A stretch of DNA of 64,000 nt from Octopus vulgaris (GCA_951406725.2 OX597824.1:5952001-6016000), one strand, 5' to 3'; shown: positions 29,432-43,390, counted from the stretch's first letter. Numbers and translations: made by a program. Notes: generated from the letters alone by a model not told the origin.

Positions 29432-29650
29432 AAGGCGGGGAGCTGGCAGAAATTTAATCCAGATTATCTTAAGGCAAAATGCTTAGCGGTATTTCGTCTG
29501 CCGCTACGTTCTGAGTTCAAATTCCGCCGAGGTCGACTTTGCCCTTCATCCTTTCGGTGTCGATTAATTAAGCACCAGTTGCGTACTGGAGTCGTTCTAA
29601 TCAACTGCCCCCCTTCCCCAAAAAACACGGGCCTTATGCCTAGAGTAGAA
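29432..29650 (+). mobile_element. SINE family B (tail type 1)
   Basis: AGGCGGGGAGCTGGCAGAA...GAGGTCGACTTTGCC...GGGCCTTATGCCTAGAGTAGAA. Confidence 0.9.
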
Positions 29651-29978
29651 AATAATATTTTATTCGTAAATTATACACGAGTTGAATTATTCTGCCATTA
29701 CTATATTCTTAGGAAAGATTTGCGAACGTCTTGTTTTCCGACCTCAATAAATATATTTATCATATGATGATGGTCACATTTCACGGCCTTACCATTTGGG
29801 AATTGGTTAGATTTTATTAATTCATTATTTTACAAAATAATTTAATTGACATTGATTTATTCCTTTTTGTAGGAACGATTTGTTGACGTGGTTCATTTAT
29901 TAGCCTCAATAAATGTTTCTAATATGTTCTGACATACGCATTTTATGGAGCCATTTCTCTCTCTCTCTCTCTCTACCC

Positions 29979-30015
<37 letters not shown>

Positions 30016-32484
30016 CACTGTACAACACTTAACAAATAAATCATTCTACATGTCTACATTACTATTCTAGAAATGTTTTGCTGCGAAAGCACAATATTAC
30101 TGGCTATTTTAGGCAACAGACCAAATGACTTAAATATAGAATAGTGTTACAGACTGGATATAAAGTCAAGTACTACTTATTACAATATGGCTATAAACGG
30201 TGCAGATGATATGTGGTACTATTTTAATAGATGCCGCCGAAGAGCTACACTTGGATTCTCTTTATTCATGATATCTAGCTTATTCTTTTATACACTGAGA
30301 TATTCGGTTCTTCTATTTTCATGTTCAAAACCAGATCATTTGTTTACGAATTGTCTTATTTGTTAACCTCATTTTGCAGACTTTCCTCTCAAACTTCTTT
30401 CTGGTTTCGTTGTACTGCTTTACGACGTCTGCAAAATATAAACATATCAATTAAATTTTTGCTTATTAAAATAATGCTTGAATTTATGTACAACTAGTGT
30501 TCGGAGCTTCACTTGTTTAGACAATGTACCTGATTTGAAATCATGACCTGAACGGAAACAATAAAATCATGGGCAAATCAGGATAATCATTTAACACAAC
30601 ATACACAGTTAGCTTCTGATCTTACCGACTTTCGTTTTACAAATATTCTCTTTGCTTATATTTGAAAAACAAAAATAATTCTAAGTAAACAGAAACTATA
30701 TTTACACAGTTGTTTTATTCTATACTCTCTTGCACCAAATCATCCAGCAATCACTTCTGTTTAGATATTTGTTTGCAGAATTATCAATATTACCAATTAT
30801 TTAAGGTAAATTAATAACGAATTCGAGAATTCATTTTTACAGAAAATGATATCAGGCTTTGGTGAATTATCTGTCATGTTTCTGTGGAGCGCTGACAAAA
30901 TATTCTACTTGTATTTTAATCCCAATAATGGCTTCGTTTCAAAAATTAGTCCAAAAGTGTTGTAATATGATATTTCTAAGGAATACGCTACCGTTACTCT
31001 AAATATGCAGTATAACCCATACTGATCTCTTTACATCGCCCACCCCTTGTTAGTTCATAATGTCCCCGAGAGAGTACACTGTTGACGTAAAGAATAGCGG
31101 ATCTAAAATTATATAACGTTAACATTATTCCTGATGCCACTACGACCCGATCGCTGAGAGACAGTGCAGTCAAGTCAGTGCTATCAAGTCAGTGATGAAA
31201 TTTAAGATATTTGATGTAAATATTTTATAATTTATATACGATAATGCTTTGGGATAAAACAAAAATTAATGTAATGGAAAACTGAGACGTATCATCTAGT
31301 GGAAAATATTACAGTAATAGTTTGCTGTAGTTGTTTGACCTCAAGTCGCTTTTGATGAAACAGAATCATGAACATAGTGTCTTGCTGTTAGGTAGAGTGC
31401 AACGAGAACGTGTTACCGTTTATAACATTTTGTTGCATAGTATGATGTAATTTGAAAGAGATTACACTGTTGTTTCTGGCAAGTTTCGCGACCATGTAGA
31501 GGCAACCTCATTGACTTGACGAGGGAACCAGTAAGAAACGAACTCACAATATCTGGTTTCATACTTTTATAGTCATTCTAAATTATGAGCAAAATTGTGG
31601 CATGTCAGCACTTTTGTTTAATTACGTGAGCATGAACCATGTTCTGAAGTTAGTTTTCACCGGCCATTGTGAACCTTATCAATATCTAGTGTCACAGCCA
31701 TTCAAAAGAGATAATAATTTTGGAATATGCCAATCAGAATACTAAATATTAACTTGCATATATTGAATAACTATTTGTGATGCATAAATGGAATTGAAAG
31801 GAAAACTATATCAATTATGGCACTAAGTATCAACAAAGTTTGCACAGTTATTAACGCGTTTAAGAGCTAGGTGGCAGACTCATTTATTGCAGTGCAATTC
31901 TTTCATTATAAAGCCTTCTCAAGCATCTAATTTAGTAACATTCTACGAATACGAGTGGATATATGAAATATTGATTTTGCAGGGACAGATAACGCTTAAC
32001 TGCTCACATATAAAGAAAGTATTTTCATTATACGTCCACCAGTAAGTAGACGTTAGACACTGTTACCTACAGTGGTAAATCTACAAATGATGCCAAAAAG
32101 TTTCGCTCTTCTATTGATGCTGTTACACATTAATGAAATATATAAAAGTCGCAGACACATAACTGAACCAGGAATGCACGCACATTCCGATGCAAACTAA
32201 AAGTGAAGTCAGAATGTATATAGAAAGTAGAAATAGAAATAGGAGCATATATATATATTTATTGATATATGATACTTTGTTCGTGTGTAAAATGGTATCA
32301 GACTTTCATTAATTCGGATATACTCGAATTCGCATATGCAATAGCTTACGCAAACATTTGTGTACGAAAAGATAAAGCAGCAATGCAATTTGGACTTAGA
32401 CAATTTAGTCTATTAGGAAGTAATATAAATTCTCTCTTTTTCTCTCCCTTCCTTCCCCTTTCCCTCTCTCTCTCTTTCTGGGAT

Positions 32485-32612
32485 ATGAATTTGACTTACC
32501 AGCCACATGGTTCCGGGTTCATTCCCACTGGGCAAGTGTCTTCTACTATAGCATCGGTCCGACCAAAATCTTGTGAGTGGATTTACCAGACGGAAACGGA
32601 AAGACGCCCGTC

Positions 32613-32663
<51 letters not shown>

Positions 32664-32971
32664 CAAAATAAGAAAATGGAGAAATACATCCTAATCAAAT
32701 ATCAATTACCAGATAATACCCATGGTTTAATAAAGTATGTGATTGGGTATTATCTGGTAATTGATATTTGATTTGGATGTATTTCTCCATTTTCTTATTT
32801 TGTATTATGAATTTGTGGTAAATCATTTTACCTTTGCCCATATAATGCAGTAAATGAATTAATTGCATCGCAATCCTTAACATTTATGTATTAACTTTGT
32901 TGGGTACTTCACTAGCAGTATATTGGATATATGTTATCCCATGGAGGGTTGCATTTACAACCCCTATCTCA

Positions 32972-33041
<70 letters not shown>

Positions 33042-33300
33042 GATGTATATGTATATGTATTTATGTATATGTATATATTTTTGTCTTTGTATCTGTGTTT
33101 GTCCCACCACCATCACTTGAATATCGATGTTGGTGTGTTTATGTCCCGGTAACTTAGCGGTTCGGCAAAAAGAGGGCGAGAGAATAAGTATTAGGCTTAA
33201 TATGGATAAGCCCTGTGATCGATTTGTTCGACTAAAACACCTTCAGGTAGTGCTCCAGGTTGGCCGCAGTCAAATGAATGAAACAAGTAAAAGAATAAAA
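32485..33300 (+). mobile_element. SINE family A split at its central TA tract (head 32485-32615, tail ~33080-33300)
   Basis: Head and tail are collinear on either side of an inserted ~310-bp segment. Confidence 0.75.
32661..32805. repeat. 62-bp-arm palindrome (21-nt loop)
   Basis: 32661-32722 and 32744-32805 are reverse complements with one mismatch. Confidence 0.95.
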
Positions 33301-33359
33301 TAATACATACATAGTATGTATTATTTTATTCTTTTATACGTACACACACACACACACAC

Positions 33360-33401
<42 letters not shown>

Positions 33402-33538
33402 ACACACATACACACACCTACACATGTCCAGTCGTCAAAACTGCAATGAGGATCACCACTAAACTTATTGTAATTAAATGCAAGAATTTGGAAATTGTGC
33501 CGTTTGGAAACGCCAATCTGTTACTGGAATATATCCAT

Positions 33539-33672
33539 AGGATTTCCGTCGAGGTTGACTTTGCCTTTCACTATTTTGGGGTCGATAAATTAACTACCAG
33601 TTGCAAACTGGGGTCGATCTAATCGTCTGGCCACACCCGCAAAATTCCGGGTCTTGTGCCTAGAGTAGAAAA
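33539..33672 (+). mobile_element. 5'-truncated SINE family B with 12-bp TSD
   Basis: GAATATATCCAT at 33527-33538 and 33673-33684. Confidence 0.85.
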
Positions 33673-34331
33673 GAATATATCCATTGGATGATCAACCATC
33701 CCGAAACAAACTGTTTTAAAGTCTCCGTTCCCATCTCCTACTTCCTGAGGAATTTGAATATTTTCCTTATTTTGAATATCGTAATAATACTTTACAACGT
33801 AGCGAATTTACCAGAAAGATTAGATTTTTTGCAAAGAATAGATCACATTTAACCAAAACGAAACAGATGCTACTAGGAAGAATCTTCTTTAAGAAGAAGA
33901 TTTTTCTACCCATGTAACTAAAATATACTTTGAACTGCTGGAAAAATATTCTTCGACTCAGCGCAAATTGTGTCCTGTTGAAAATATTAGAAAATATACA
34001 TATCATAAATATATCCTTTTCCACAATATACAATTTTCAACAAGTTTTACCAAAATCTCTTCGTCAAAGTATATTCAAACCTCATTCTATAAGGCTGAAT
34101 GAACGCCGACTTAAATACTGATGCATATCTGTTGAAACTGTTTACAATCACACAGTGAAAGCTTATAAAACGTCTATATATTATGCACCAGATTAAATTC
34201 AAATATGCTCAAATCGATGAATACTAAATGTAAATACTCGTTATATATTTCGGAGTCATCTTAGAAGTGTTAACACGATTTTCATACTCGATTTTAAATT
34301 ATGTTATATTATATTTATTATATTTCATTCT

Positions 34332-34568
<237 letters not shown>

Positions 34569-35044
34569 CCTCTCTCACTCTCCCCCTCTCACTCTCTCTC
34601 TCTATATATATACATATATATATACACACATACATATATATGTATGTGTATGTATGTGAGTGTATGTGTGTGTATGTTTGTGTAACAGAAACGCTATAAA
34701 TTAAAATAGCACTCTACGTAGCATACGTAATGATACATCGTTACAAGCAGCATTTGTTCAGAGGGCTCTCTTATATATACACTGTGACCAAAATATATAC
34801 AAACATATATGTCTCGTTGTATGTATGGATATATGGGTATATATTTAAGTAGATACCTGTTCGCAGATTAGGGATAAACAGGATCTAAGGTAACATAGAT
34901 AACGACATACTGTAGATGGTAAACTAAATATCTATTAATATACCTGATCTGATCAGTAAGTATCCGGACTATTGTGATAATAACAAAGATAAAGCACGGA
35001 GAGAGAGAGAGAGAGTCCGCTAGGCACAACTTGGCCTTGAACTC

Positions 35045-35402
35045 TTATTTCTTTACTACCCACAAGGGGCTAAACATAGAAGGGACAAACAAGGACAGAC
35101 AAACAGATTAAGTCGATTACATCAACCCCACTGCGTCACTAGTACTTATTTAATCGACCCCGAAAGGATGAAAGGCAAAGTCTACCTCGGCGGAATTTGA
35201 ACTCAAAACATAAAGATAGGCGAAATACATATTTGTTTACTACCCGCAAGGGGCTAAAGACAGAGGGGACAAACAAGGACAGACAAATGGATTAAGTCGA
35301 TTACATCGACCCCAGTGCGAAACTGGTACTTAATTTATCGACCCCGAAAGGATGAAAGGCAAAGTCGACCTCGGCGGAATTTGAACTCGGTCCGTAAAGA
35401 CA
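35045..35402 (-). mobile_element. Two tandem 5'-truncated SINE family B copies (tail type 2)
   Basis: TTTACTACCC.CAAGGGGCTAAA...CGACCCCGAAAGGATGAAAGGCAAAGTC.ACCTCGGCGGAATTTGAACTC occurs twice (35045-35228 and 35230-35402). Confidence 0.9.
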
Positions 35403-35404
35403 GA

Positions 35405-35900
35405 CATGTGTGGCATGATGCGGAGTCCTATTGCCAGACACAGGGTCTTCCAGCAGCCACCCACTTTGAAGAGGCCAGCACTAACTCCTGCAGGCACTTG
35501 ATGTAGGCCACCGTGTTGGTTCTGAGGCTGCGTGGTGAATGATAAATGGAGGCATAACGTCGCCTTAAATAGCGATCACCACAAACACTATGATGTTGAC
35601 TAGATGTTTAATTTTTATCACTCTCGGTATATGTTTCGGGGACACGGTAAGCGAAAGGTTGCTCTGTGTGTTCACCATCTTTTCGTATCGGAGCTTCTGG
35701 CGCGAATGCCAAGCAGCACAGTATGTCGTTTTGAAACTTCTGGCAGAAAAAATTGCGTCCTGGTGCTGTTTTTTCTCTCTCTCACAGACTGCCCTCACCG
35801 GCCCTTCTATACTGTTTAGTGGGGAAAAAAATCAAAAACAAACAATGCACATGCACGAAATAAAAAATATAAGGTGGTGACAATTTACCCATCGCACCCT
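35405..35900 (-). mobile_element. Internally deleted Tc1/mariner (DD37D/maT-like) fragment
   Basis: Minus strand gives VFVVIAI*GDVMPPF and WQ*DSASCHT; CAGGGTG TIR-like start near 35900. Confidence 0.65.
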
Positions 35901-36022
35901 GCATATCTCATTGTCTTCCAGTTTTGTTTTTGGTGTCCTGTACCCATATTTGCATGTATATATACATGTAGAGGTACGTACATATATGTATGTATATATG
36001 CATATGTTTTATTTATTTATTA

Positions 36023-36075
<53 letters not shown>

Positions 36076-36457
36076 CATATACTTGTTTGTGAGGTGGGGT
36101 GTGCACAGTGATAGATAAAATGATTGAACGCTGTGTATTTGCACAAGCGGTGATGGAAATGAAGTAGATTTTGCAAATTAATTACTTAAGTCACATATTT
36201 GATAATGCGTAGATTTGTATACAGAATTAAATAGACGGCCTGTAGTGGCCAGCTGGCCATTGAATATATGATATTTATGTTGTAAATGAAGAATCACGAC
36301 TTAGACTGACGTCTTGCGGCAGTTAATTTAGAGAATTCACATTAGTATTAATTGAAATGTATTTGCTCATTAGAAACTTCGTTTTGTGTTGAAATCTCAA
36401 ATTACTGGGTCATACGTTGAAGGTATAGTAATTATATTTGTGTGTATATAAATATAC

Positions 36458-36516
<59 letters not shown>

Positions 36517-36604
36517 CACATATACACATATATACATATACATATATACATATATACTTATATATATATAAATATATATACAAACGCATATGTATGTATG
36601 TATG

Positions 36605-36691
<87 letters not shown>

Positions 36692-36929
36692 GAAAGTTGC
36701 TCGTTAAGAAAATTTCAACAAGAGACGAAAGTAATATTTATGCTGACAGGTAATGATTATCGTCACCTGAACGTGGGTGTTCTATAACAGACGATTATGC
36801 TATACACATACCTATATACGCTTACGCATGTATGTATGTCTTAAAGTATGTATGCATGCATGCATGTATGTATATCTCTTCTATTTTTTTAATTATTATA
36901 AATCTTCCACTGAAGAGGTAGACAGTTTC

Positions 36930-37870
36930 CAACAAAGATACAAGGCTCAGTTAACTCAGACAAATTCACATTTGGAACTTGAGAAAAGTCTTGTAAAATT
37001 TTTACTGTTCCACTCCCAGATTGAACTTGTAATGTACGAATCAACCGGTCGATGTCTCTCTCTGAAAATCCCAGTTTATCCATATTCTCGTTTAAGTATC
37101 TACTAACAAAACCTAGTGCGCCAGTTATTATAAACGAATACAGAAGTTGGAGGTCTCGAAGCAGTTGTCCATAGACGTCCTCTTTTTCTTTGATTTTCAA
37201 CGAGATATCTATCTCTGCAGGGTAGATAACCTCTACGATGGTACACACATTTGCCCCTCTATCCCAAACAACAATATCTGGCCAGTTATGCTTATATTTG
37301 ATAAACGTTTTGATGGAAATATTCCACCAGTATTCCTTGAGTTGTTGTTTATGATTATATTTCTCAACAGAGGAATTTTCTAAGTTTATTTCCGGTCAGT
37401 CTTTTTTGCTGATGCCATTGTAATTTGTTTTAGCAACAACATCGTGCTGCATACGGAGGTAGTACCGTGACGACATTTTAGCACAGCTGTTAATCACACG
37501 CGTGATGTCTTCCAGAGAAACATGACATAGCCTACACATGCGGTTGCACCTTGCGATTACAAGAGTATCTCTTGTTCACCAGGTACTTTGTGGCAATTGC
37601 CTGTTCCTGGATTTCAGACGCATAACCTTCAAAGTGTGATGTGATGTAGTTATCTTGTGTCCAAGAGAGGATGCGCTTCATGTCAAACCTACTGTCTTCT
37701 TCAAGCTTTCGGGCAACATACCCATGCACGGTCTTTTCTTTTTTGTTGGTTTTGTATGCTGTGTGCTTTCCATCCAAGTCTTTTCTGAGGGAAGAGCCCA
37801 GCTGTTTTGGTGCTGTAGAGGAGATCATCAGGAAGAGAGTTTTTCTTCGGGCAACTTGTGTACAGTTTGT
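36930..37870 (-). mobile_element. Non-LTR retrotransposon with restriction-like endonuclease (R4/Dong-like), 3' part, pseudogenised
   Basis: HFEGYASEIQEQAIATKYLVNKR, then zinc-knuckle remnants, then CTIVEVIYPAEIDISLKIKEKEDVYGQLLRDLQLLY..IITGALGFV. Confidence 0.8.
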
Positions 37871-38029
37871 ACATAATGTTTAGGCAAGCAATGAGCCTGT
37901 AGTTACCTGCCTTATCGGTGATTTCATTTTTGGCAACAAGATTTGTCCTTGTTGTAGCAAACTAATGTGGGTATATCAGTCTGACCTTCCATAGTCCTTC
38001 TGAACATACATCTCTATTGGTTTCTATAA

Positions 38030-38900
38030 AATGCCAGCTTATTGTACCAATATCCAACTATTAGGTCCCTTCCAGGTTCCCATTCTGCAGTTTACCTACT
38101 GCTATAGCAATTTTGTATGTTGTACCGTTAGTGTTGGCACAGTATTCTCTCTCGATTGTATCTAACCATGATGCATTCAAATTGAAATCTCTCTTTTCGT
38201 TCCAAAATTTTGACCAGAATGATTGTAGATATTCCACGACTAATCTGAGGGAGAAGTTTATCCATTATGGATTAACTAATACTACCCAAATCGGATTTAG
38301 GGGGACAAATTAATCTGATGCTAGGTTTACTGTCGAAATCTGGTTTATGATCCTTCACTGTAAACTGTTTGTTTTTGAGGTGTATTGGTCAGTTTTATCA
38401 AGATCCTGGATAAGATTATTAATGATTAGCATTAACTTCCTTTAGAGCATTATTAGTAGCCAGTTTGTATTTAGAGCTCAATTCCTTCAATAATAGATTA
38501 TTATATCCATCCGTTGGAATTGAGTAGACATTTATGATTTTATCTGATAATATGTGCAAGTGTGAGGAGTCCTTTATATCCGTAGTCATTTTAGACAGCT
38601 CACTATGGAGTGGATTGGTAACTTTTTGCAATTTTTAATTTCTGTACGATATGGATGAGATCTTTTTCAAAATTCAATAAATCCGGATTAGGTGAAGGGT
38701 TTCTTCGAGGTTTTAAATTAAATTCATTGAAAGCGTAATTGCTTGCGTAATTAATATTGTTGATCCGTTTGTACATCGTGTCGTAATGGAAGTCTCTCCA
38801 TCTTAATCTTCTTATAAAGTCACTGATATTTTCCAACAGCATTTCTCTGTATTGAACTTTCACCTTCATCATATCTCGTATTACTGAACTTTATTCATTT
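38030..38900 (-). mobile_element. Penelope-like element, N-terminal/RT pseudogene
   Basis: DFIRRLRWRDF...PNPDLLNFEKDL, SDKIINVY...YNNLL...KYK, and TVKDHKPDFDSKPSIRLICP (cf. PLE TLKDHK.NF...P.CRLINP). Confidence 0.8.
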
Positions 38901-39233
38901 TCCTTCGAATACATGTAACTACACACACATACACGTATTTCATGTTCTTATATCTAACTTCATATCTTATTTTCTTTATATTTTTTTTATCATTTATCAA
39001 TTTTATATTTAGAGTTTTTAGTATAAACATGTATTCCGTCCAAGTCTTATAAATCGCTATAAGCACGATTTCATTTTCGATTTAAAATACTGACAACTGG
39101 AATTTTTGTCTTCTAAACATTTTTATTACTCCTTAGTTTATATACGAACACCAAAAAAACGGTTGTACTATACAAGGAGTATTGTCTCCATTAAAAATTA
39201 TCTTATTCTATATAGATACATACATACATACAT

Positions 39234-39281
<48 letters not shown>

Positions 39282-39307
39282 ATATGTGACAATTATTCGG
39301 TAGCAAA

Positions 39308-39368
39308 GATAAAACTCCGAGTTTCGGATACCGAGGTGGAAATCTACACCACCATCTCCTCGTTTCTC
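39308..39368 (-). ncRNA. Hammerhead motif with degenerate core (mirror copy)
   Basis: GAGAA-ACGAGGA-GAUGGUGGUGUAGA(UU)UCCACCUCGGUAUC-C-GAAA-CUCGGAG-UU-UUAUC; first core box mutated. Confidence 0.4.
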
Positions 39369-39377
39369 AGATGGCCA

Positions 39378-39438
39378 GATAACCGAAGAGATGGTGGTGT
39401 GGATTTCCACCTCGACATCCGAAACTCGGAGTTTTATC
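39378..39438 (+). ncRNA. Type I hammerhead motif (U4C variant)
   Basis: GAUAA-CCGAAGA-GAUGGUGGUGUGGA(UU)UCCACCUCGACAUC-C-GAAA-CUCGGAG-UU-UUAUC. Confidence 0.6.
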
Positions 39439-39525
39439 TTGGCTACCAAATAATTGTCACATATCATTTTACAGATAAATTTCCTCTATTTACATAATAT
39501 TGCGGTCTCTTTCTCTCTTTTGTTA

Positions 39526-39599
<74 letters not shown>

Positions 39600-39604
39600 A
39601 GCAC

Positions 39605-39750
39605 TGCCCAGTTACGATGACAAGGGTCCCAGCTGAGTGAACTGGGGCAACGTGAAATAAAGTGTCTTGCTCAAGGACACAACGCATCACCGGGAATTGA
39701 ATACACGGCCTTACAATCGTGAGCCGAATGCCCTAACTATTAAGCCACAC
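39605..39750 (-). mobile_element. SINE family C
   Basis: GCAACGTGAAATAAAGTGTCTTGCTCAAGGACACAACGC is the reverse complement of the 61250-61290 region. Confidence 0.8.
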
Positions 39751-39821
39751 GTTTTCACACACATACACACACATATATACTCTATAATCAATTTTTGATG
39801 TGATATTTATAATTATGCGTA

Positions 39822-39856
<35 letters not shown>

Positions 39857-39857
39857 A

Positions 39858-39922
39858 GATGTACTCGCATAGCAAGTAATTTGACTGAGATCGTGTGCTG
39901 AAACGAAAACAATGCAGCGTGG
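39858..39922 (+). repeat. Dispersed repeat fragment, unclassified
   Basis: GATGTACT.GCATAGCAAGTAA...CTGAGATC.TGTGCTG.AACGAAAACAAT..CAGCGTGGA also occurs at ~59284-59351. Confidence 0.75.
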
Positions 39923-40678
39923 AGCATAAGCCATTTAGTCGAGCAAATCGACCTCGGCACATTTATTCTTTTGTAAGCAAAGTATTATTCTATCGCTAAA
40001 ATCCGCCGACCGCTAAGTAACGGACAAAACCGTGCTGCATCTCGGTTTGTCAGTGAACAGGGATCGTTGGGGAGCGACAAAACATATTTTGACAAATTAA
40101 CACTTACACATGCATGAATCGAACGGCTTTATGTACTTATACATGGCTTATACACCTCCCACGCTGCAATTGTATATATATATATATATATATAAGGCTC
40201 AAATTACGACGTGGCATATACTTATATAGAGTGAGTAATTCATTTATGGGGTGCGGTTCCGCTGGATGTGCTGATTGTGCCAAAACACTGGATGTGAGGT
40301 TTCAGTCTTCGACCTACTCAAGTACTTGACAATATTAAATCCACCGTAGTTTTATATAGCACTCAGTTTGATGTGAAGAACCCATATAAGTATATGAGCT
40401 GAAGCGTTGAAGGACTTAATAGTTTTGAAGTAATTATTTGCATTCGAGTTTATCACTACGCACGCTTCAGTCATTATGTTGAAAGTAATTTTATTTATTT
40501 TGGCTAAACTATCAATTTAAATGAAATTTTCGGAATACAATTTTTTAAAAAATATTGGACGGATTGACATTACACACCATCGAAAGATTCTAATACTAAA
40601 AGTAGATAAGGGCGAAATGGTATAATAAAACTGACGAATTATAATCATAATCATACTTATATAAACTAAAGGAATTAC

Positions 40679-40733
<55 letters not shown>

Positions 40734-40974
40734 GTTAATATTATTATTATTATTATTATTATTTTTATTTTTATTATTATTATTGTTATTATTGTTGTTG
40801 TTGTTTTTGTTCTTGTTGTTGGTATTATTATTGTTATTATATTCTTCCTATTATTGTCATGAATCGTCAATTTTATAAGTTTACGTCCTTATCTGTATTT
40901 TGGTTTAGAATCATTTGATGGTCTGTTAGGTCAATCCGTTCAATATTAGAAAAAGCTTTATACTTCAAAAACAC

Positions 40975-41030
40975 ACGAGCATCGGTTGTCAAGCAATGCT
41001 AGAGGGACAAACACAGACACACAAACATAT

Positions 41031-41094
<64 letters not shown>

Positions 41095-41268
41095 ACATAT
41101 ATACGACAGGCTTCTTTCAGTTTCCGTCTACCAAATCCACTCACAAGGCTTTGGTCGGCCCGGGGCTATAGCAGAAGACACTTGCCCAAGATGCCACGCA
41201 GTGGGACTGAACCCGGAACCGTGTGGCTGGTTAGCAAGCTACTTACCACACAGCCACTGCTGCGCCTA
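40975..41268 (-). mobile_element. SINE family A (head plus central tract)
   Basis: Reverse complement of GGCGCAGCAGTGGCTGTGTGGTAAGTAGCTTGC... Confidence 0.9.
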
Positions 41269-42219
41269 GTTTATAAAAAAGTAGTTTATAAAAAAGTAGT
41301 TTATAAAAAATATATAATTATCTTCAATATGATAATTGAAACAGGCGTAGTGAAAACTCGAATATCAATAATTTCATTCTCTGATTACTTCAGAATGATA
41401 TTATTATTATTGTTGTTGTTGTTGTTGTTGTTGTTATAAAATATAATTTTTATAAAATATAATAATTATGCACTATGACAAAATGCTCGACAAAAAATGT
41501 GATGAAATGTGGAAATAATAATGTACAAACTCAAAATAGGTGTATAAATATATACACAAATAAAATCCATATATAAGATAACGAAAAGTATCCTTAACAA
41601 GGGGATGCTGAAATTATACGATAAAAAACACACAATGATAAAATTAAAATGGAGAATTCCAACTAAACTGATAAAAATGAAAAATTTAATATATGAAAAA
41701 CTATCTGCTGAAAGAAAACCTACAAGCGATAAAAATTAAGATCTACAGTTGAAACGTAAAAAAATTACAAATTGTTCACAACTACACCAAGTATTTGTTC
41801 ACTTGATTCAGTGTTAGGAAATAGAAATATATTTCAGATACAGTAGAACTGATAAAAATAAACCGTTCTGGAGCTGAATGAAAGAGGTTACGCAATAATA
41901 TTCCACTATAAAGTGTAAAATACTCAGTGACCTATCGATTTGTTCTTTAGAGGTTGACACAGTGAAATGTGTGTGTGTGTGTGTGTGTATGTATGCGTGT
42001 TTGTATGTGTATCTATAAGTATACATATATACATTATGACGAAAGCATGGCTTTGTGGTTATGAAATTGACTACGCATTCATGTAATCTGATATTCTAAA
42101 ACAGGCATCTCTTTCTTGGCAAAGATTTTGCATTGTGAAAAAAAAGTCTAGACTGCTAATAAACGGTGATAATGTGTGTGTTTGTGTGCACCTGTATGCA
42201 TTTATGAATGCATACATAC

Positions 42220-42271
<52 letters not shown>

Positions 42272-42436
42272 AGAGACGGTTAGCACTCCCCTTGACAAGG
42301 ACGGAAGAGATCAATCGATCTTTCTAACACATATGGGCATTGCTCTCTACTTCAGAGCAACCTATTTTTAAAAGAACTTTCACCTAATTAAATTACTTAA
42401 ATTACTTCAATTATTTGTCAGCATTTTCTTCATTTC

Positions 42437-42524
<88 letters not shown>

Positions 42525-42806
42525 CGAATGTATGTAAGTATGTCTGTAAAACGCAGATTCATACTTTCGTCATAGACTTGTCAGCGAATAGGATTGCTTC
42601 ATTTGTAATGTTTCAAGGTTATAAAGTGCGCAGTGTATGGATGTAATCATTCTGATCACACTATGACGCATTTGCATTATAGAGCGTGGCTGCGGAGACT
42701 ATGAAAACACTCAGTTACAAGACAGATGAACATAATTTGGGGAGCTTCTGCTTCTGCTTTGCTATTCCATATATTTTGCTTCCTGTCAATAGCAAAACAG
42801 TGCAAA

Positions 42807-43104
42807 TCTTTATATATAAAAGTGAAGTTTTGTGTCTGTCTCCTACGATTTAGATTCCTAACTACTCCCACATTTTGTGGTGCAGTGTAACCAAAAGCGG
42901 GTATCTTATAGTCGTGATTCATATCGAGCCCTTCTGGGTATTAGCGCGCGTCTACGATGAGTCTACGATTAAAAAAAAAATTTACCATCATTTTTTCCTA
43001 TTTTTAATGCATTTTTTGATATTATATAAGGGAAGTAACTCTCTAAAAATGCTTATATAGTTATTTCCCTTACAAACCCGAGCAACGCCGGGCGATACTG
43101 CTAG
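42807..43104 (+). mobile_element. Non-autonomous Helitron
   Basis: Starts A|TCTTTATATATAAAAG, ends with GC-rich hairpin CCCGAGCAACGCCGGG then CTAG|T; inserted between A and T with no TSD. Confidence 0.85.
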
Positions 43105-43390
43105 TGTATTCATAAATATATTATGAAGGGAAAATTCATAACAGCATGTTGAATAAGCAACTTATAAAAAACTTTCTTAACATGGTGTGAAAATGAATTC
43201 ATTTAAGTGGAAAGTGTTTAAAAATGTGTGAAATTATATTTGGCTATAAAAATGCTGAATGTAAGTAATCATTCGTTGTTCACAAATTTCTTTTTCTCGC
43301 TGTCCTATATTTACGATATCAACTGGCGCGTCCTCTTTGAATTTCCTATCCAACGTGTTTAATTGCGCGGTTTTCATGTTGCGTCTGGCG

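Larger units (their letters stand above)
39282..39464. repeat. ~183-bp palindrome made of two inverted family H2 hammerhead units
   Basis: ATATGTGACAATTATT.GGTAGC.AAGATAAAACTCCGAGTTTCGGAT... mirrored around TGGCCA at ~39372-39377. Confidence 0.9.
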
